Shown here piece by piece: positions 59,071 through 64,000 of a stretch of DNA of 64,000 bases. The stretch is taken from assembly GCA_964187785.1 (NCBI GenBank), contig OZ076409.1, positions 14,696,001 to 14,760,000 on the forward strand. The letters are read 5' to 3'. Both the position numbers and the translations under genes were made by a program. Numbering within the stretch: the first letter of the stretch is position 1; each line of letters starts with the position of its first letter. The stretch comes from Amphiscolops sp. MND2022. Taxonomy: Eukaryota. The notes under the pieces were generated by a model. The model was not told the origin of the DNA. It did no database searches and worked only from the letters and a program-made list of their open reading frames with translations.

Positions 59071-59538
59071 ATGTTCGCTTTCTTCGTCCTTGGTGTGCTA
59101 GCAGTAGAAGGCATCATTGCTCGACCCTCAGCAAACCAATGCGTGACAACTACCAAGATTATTCGGACTATCAACGACACGTATAAAGTTGATTATCAGA
59201 GAGCCGAAACTTTCATCGTGAGACAAGAACATGAGAACCACAAATGGGCCCAGTCCCAAGTCCGCCGAGCAGGAGGACCCACTTGCCCTCCCAACCCAGA
59301 CAACTGTGACGTCACATGTCTGCTGGCATCTGACTTGTCGGACGATCTGGAAGCAAGTACTCTGATCCAGATATCCAAAGACCCGCACTGTGAATCACAA
59401 TGGCACGCAGTACATGTGCGGGTCACGTCTTGTGCGGGTCACCAATCGCAGGCTCAAATGATGTATCTGCCCATTCAAGTGTTCAGAACGAAGAGCACCG
59501 ATGACGTAACAGTTGTTGTCAAAGACCGGCGGCTGTAA
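59071..59538 (+). CDS. Putative secreted protein, 155 aa, 6 Cys, family not recognised
   Basis: ATG-initiated ORF in non-repeat DNA with higher GC than its flanks; signal peptide-like MFAFFVLGVLAVEGIIA|RP; NDT sequon. Confidence 0.65.
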   Translation: MFAFFVLGVLAVEGIIARPSANQCVTTTKIIRTINDTYKVDYQRAETFIVRQEHENHKWAQSQVRRAGGPTCPPNPDNCDVTCLLASDLSDDLEASTLIQISKDPHCESQWHAVHVRVTSCAGHQSQAQMMYLPIQVFRTKSTDDVTVVVKDRRL

Positions 59539-60536
59539 TAGCTGTCCATCTCTAGTGTGACGTCACTCTTGTTCCGTGTGTACTTTTGGAACGAATACAA
59601 TCACTTTAGATGCAATAACGACGAGGAGAAAGGCGTCAATTGTTGTGATTGACAACCAGCGTTAGGAGAAACAGAAAAAAACGGCCAGTCTGATAATCGC
59701 AGACGGATGGTAGTATTTTGCAACATTTATTAGCTACTTTTAGTTGTATTAGCTACTATTAGCTACTTTCTGGTACTTTGTACGCAGTATAATCTCATCT
59801 AAATTTTTACTTCAATCGTCATTCAAACATTAAATTAAAATTTGATTTGAGACTTTTTCATTCATCATATCAAGAAGTAGAAAGTGTGCAAACTTGTGAC
59901 GTAGAGCACTTCAAAACAGGCGGATATTATCAGACACCCCTGGTGACTTAAAACTAATGTTTCGGTAACTAAAAACCAACCGGCTACAAATGACGCTTCG
60001 AATAGAAAAATTACTGTAATCACTGTACTTCAAACTTTCGAAAGAAAACACGCAAAGCATTCTACACAAAAGTTATGATTCCACTTAAACTAACTATGGT
60101 TTGAATTTCAAGAAACAAGAGGCAAAAATGGTATAGGGTACGACCAAGAGAAAACTTCTGCTTGACATCTCATTGCTTACCAAAGCAGGAAAAGCAATTT
60201 TTGAAGAAATGAACTAGAGAGCGGAACTGAAAAAGATGAACGGAGTGATTCATTCGGACCGACATACAATTGACAATAGGAAATTTTCACATAATCGTTT
60301 TTTGTTGACCATTTCGAAACATCGGTTTTATAAATGAACCACATTTTCACATTTCTACTTACAAAACTTACAAAAAGATGTTTGAAGTAGAAATTTCAAG
60401 CGTCCTTCGAACCTTCAAATCGGAACCAGCAACGTCTATTGTGGTGAAATGAAAGTCATATGATAGCAATATGAAAAGAAAACAAAGGAAAAACTGAGTC
60501 GTTTCCAATTTTTGCTAAAATCAGATCACCATTTTT

Positions 60537-61060
60537 AACAAGACGGGAACGTCCCAAGTCGGCGCCATATCTTAGGCTCAAAAATATTCAAGGAACAACT
60601 ATTGGAAAAATTTGGAAAAAAAATTTTTTCAAAAAAAAATTTTTTGATTTTTTTTCGAAAAAAAGTATTTTTTAGGTCGCACAATGCCGAAAAACTCAAA
60701 AAGAGGCCATTCAGGCTCATTCAACGTTTTCTACAAACCGAAAACTTCAAAAAAATTCATGGGGGTACCCTTTGATAAATTTCGAAAATTTTCGAAAAAA
60801 GTCGCATAGTGCCGAAAAAAAACCCAAAGGGGGGACCCTTTGGTCTCACCTGTACTTTTGGAAGCATTAAAAAATTTATGGTTTAATGCGAGAATCGAAC
60901 CCACGCTCTCCGGCTGGGTCGAAGATGGAAGATGAACAAATATGAAAGATGAACAAAAATTGTAAGAAAAGTGGACCACTCAGTGAGATTGTCAACTGGA
61001 AAAAAAACTACTCACTGTAGGAGTCGGGCTTTTTTCCTTAAGGGAAAAGGCGCCGACTAA
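60537..61060 (-). mobile_element. HINE-like element
   Basis: AACAAGACGGGAACGTCCCAAGTCGGCGCC ... GGCGCCGACTAA. Confidence 0.7.
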
Positions 61061-62011
61061 CAATAGAAGTGAAACTTCCAAACTAGCACAATTGGATGGC
61101 TGACATATATTTGTGATATTCAGTACGTCACATGTTAACAGTCTATTGGAGAAACAATCCGGGAACGGCATAAGTGCGAACGTATCTCAATCCGTCAATG
61201 AATAGTTTTTTTAGTAAAATTCTCAAATATCATAATGTCAAAAGAACCATAAGAGAGACCTCTTGGGCTTCGAGCCTTTCGAACAAAAATGTCAAAAACC
61301 AAAAGGGAACCCTTTCGAACGTAAAAAAAATTTGAGCCAATTTTAGAAATTTTCAACTTTTATTGTTGAAACATCGACCGATTGGAAAAAAAAACACGAA
61401 AAGCCACTATAATAATTGCATTTCATTCCAAACAGCCAGTTATAAAAATCAAAAAGTAGCACTGCCGAAAACCCTATTTAGCTAAAAATTTAAAATAATC
61501 GAAGATACTTTGGATGCTCTGAAGATACTAGGCTGAACGTCTGTTGAAACATTGAGAGCGAGTACTTGATCCACAGAAAATGCAAAAACAAGAACAACGA
61601 ATTAAAATTGAAGTCAACTATTTGTTGCTACCATGTCGCAAAATAATACTACACGATATGGCGTTTCGCATTCGTATTTAAATGCAGGCGAGGCTCTCGG
61701 CGTACGAATATTTAACACTCGTTCAATTTATCTCAGTGAACTCGGCGAATATTTTTGAGATCTTTCGCTTCATCATACAAAGCGCTGCTACGAGAATTGA
61801 ATAGCTAACGACTTCGACTACGTAGTAAAAGTAATAATAACAGCTTGGTTCAATTTTTGACCATAAAATCAATCTCCTCAAGCAATTGCAGTCAGACATG
61901 TACCGAGAAACACTAATACCAACAAAAATTTTGGTATAAAGTTCATTAGGCCTTTGCTCCAAGACCAGGACTACAGTTTTTTAACGAGCGAAAAAAGCGT
62001 TTATTCTCAAA

Positions 62012-62706
62012 TACAAGCCGGGACCGGCCCAAGTCGGTGCCATATCCAAGGCTCAAAAATAACGAAAGGACTTCCAAGTGTCAATTTACAATACTCGAAA
62101 ATCGAAAAACCAAAAAAAAAAAGTGGACCGAGTGGCGCGCCGGGGCCCGCTAAAAGGGGGGACACTTCTGAAATTGTCAACATTTTTGTCGCAGTTGAAG
62201 GGGGACCCTTTGGCGAGAAAAAATTTTCGAAAAAAGTCTCACAATGCCGAAAAACAGAAAGGGGGACCCTTCGGGATTTTTAAACACCCATTCTGTCGTA
62301 ATATATCAAAGAAAATTGCAGTGGGACCCTTTGGAGAGAAAAAAGTCTCAATGTCGAAAAACTGAAAGGGCGACTCTTTGGAAATTTTTTCAACATCCAT
62401 TCTGTCGCAAAACAGCAAAAAAATTGAAGGGGGACCCTTAGGGGAAAAAACTTTTCCAAAAAAAGTCTCGAAGTGCCGAAAAAAATGAAAGGGGGACCTT
62501 TTGGTCTCGCCCGGTATGGTATGTTACGCGTGAAAACAGGAAAAACCTTTTTGGTTCAGTTCGCTAGGCCAAATGGAGCAATTTGGTGCAATAATATTTT
62601 GTAGAACTTTCAAGAACTATTTTGGTCAGTTCGTGTGGATTGAAAAAAAAAGAAAAAAAATCACTATAATAGTCGCGTTTCACTTCATGAAGCGCCGACT
62701 AAAAAA
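62012..62706 (-). mobile_element. HINE-like element
   Basis: ACAAGCCGGGACCGGCCCAAGTCGG ... ATAGTCGCGTTTCACTTCATGAAGCGCCGACTAAAAA. Confidence 0.72.
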
Positions 62707-64000
62707 GGTTAGGCAGACTGTCATATAATAGGACGGGAACGGCATAAATCGGTGTCCCGCTTAAGGCTCAAAAAGGACAAAAGTACTTAAAAGCATGAGG
62801 ATTCGCTTTCAAATAAATTCTCATTTCACAGTACTAAAAATCTCAAAGGGGACCCATTTGGGTATAAAAGGGGGTTTCGGTTTTTATTCTAACCAGAAAT
62901 ATAAATTAATTCGGATAGATGGTCAAAACGTTCAGAGGTAGTGTGCTTTTCATTCGATTTTGGAAGGAAACGAAACATTGAAACAGACAAGATTCGAACA
63001 TCCGCCTCCTCCCTAATAAAACGCAATTTACTAAGGATATAGCGTCAAAAATTCAGAGAGTAGAGAAAGTTACAGAAATGTTTACAGATTTCCGTCAGTT
63101 CGCTCGTCCCAAAAAAACTACTGCTATAGTCGGTTCTTTTCTTCGAAAAGCTCCGACTAATAACTTGATTAAATCAGACGCATTTTGAGGCGAACATCAT
63201 TATAAGTGCAAACTATTCAACTCAGAGCAACAAAATTTAGATGACAAGAGTCCCGTAACAAAACCAAAGAGTAAATATTGCGGTCTCTCGATGTGCAGTT
63301 CTGCGAACCTGCCCTGAGAGTTGAGGGTGGACTACAATTTACGCACATGTAGGGCTCATAGAGACAAAGTGGTATAAAGGCGCCTTGTTTCGCAAATCGA
63401 AACAAGTCGGGGACGTCAGAAGTCAGCACCCCGTTTAAGGCTCAAAAAAGCTAAAGCGATAACTCTTTCTTGAAATAAAAATTTCCCAAAAAATCGCAAA
63501 GTGCCGAAAAACCCAAAGAGACCACCATTTGAGGTTAAAAACGCCCTTTCCTATCCAAAAATGAGTGGAAATCAAAGGGAATCCTTTTGGAAATTTGAAA
63601 AAAGTATCACGGTTTCGAAAATAGCCTATTAAGTTACAAAGCGATTCAATTTAAGATGTCAAACAGTTTGGTCAAATAGTTAGTTTCTCCAGTTTACCCA
63701 GAATATCTGCTTGAGTTTGACATGCAAACTATTGTTTTTATGAGTAAAGAAGTGGCATGAATATCAACAAGACGTTCTGAAAAATGAATCAGAGCCGCAT
63801 GTGCGGTGAACCAGTCGGAAACGGATTAAAATATTCAAAAACAAATTACCTACTTCAGTCATTTGGTCATTTTTGGAGGAACTTTGGCCATTTCAGTTTC
63901 TCAGATCCCAGTAGCACGAATTTGATGCCATTGCCCACATATGATCCTAATATGGTGTAGAATGGCTGTAAAACATTTCGTTCGAATCATACGGACAGTT

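Overview
AT-rich, transposon-dense metazoan genomic DNA with GT-AG spliceosomal introns and one 200-N scaffold gap (34508-34707). I could not identify the organism from the sequence. Host genes: (1) the last five exons of a + strand carbonic anhydrase-related protein (CA10/11-like, all three Zn-binding His replaced; 13137-25363); (2) a 3-exon TMEM47/PERP-like claudin-superfamily gene on - (57216-50914); (3) a single-exon, apparently secreted 155-aa ORF I do not recognise (59071-59538). Most of the rest is mobile DNA: two Gypsy elements, a TSD-less solo LTR, an intact hAT transposon, several hAT/CACTA-like MITEs, about 10 Helentron-like (HINE) copies and a full-length RTE LINE. The standout is the Gypsy element at 1-12541. 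Between pol and the PPT/3' LTR it carries about 7.4 kb of extra DNA. This holds a 7-exon ANTISENSE gene (10780-5856, 1184 codons) whose six GT-AG introns are all phase-consistent. Its product has a BED-like zinc finger and degenerate hAT-transposase-like motifs. The LTR of this element, and a second solo LTR, also encode a >100-codon ORF that runs off the LTR end, probably the Gag N-terminus. Second highlight: the RTE LINE begins essentially at the cleavage site of an HDV-like self-cleaving ribozyme (52187-52285), inside an 11-bp TSD. All calls were made by eye; no database searches were run.
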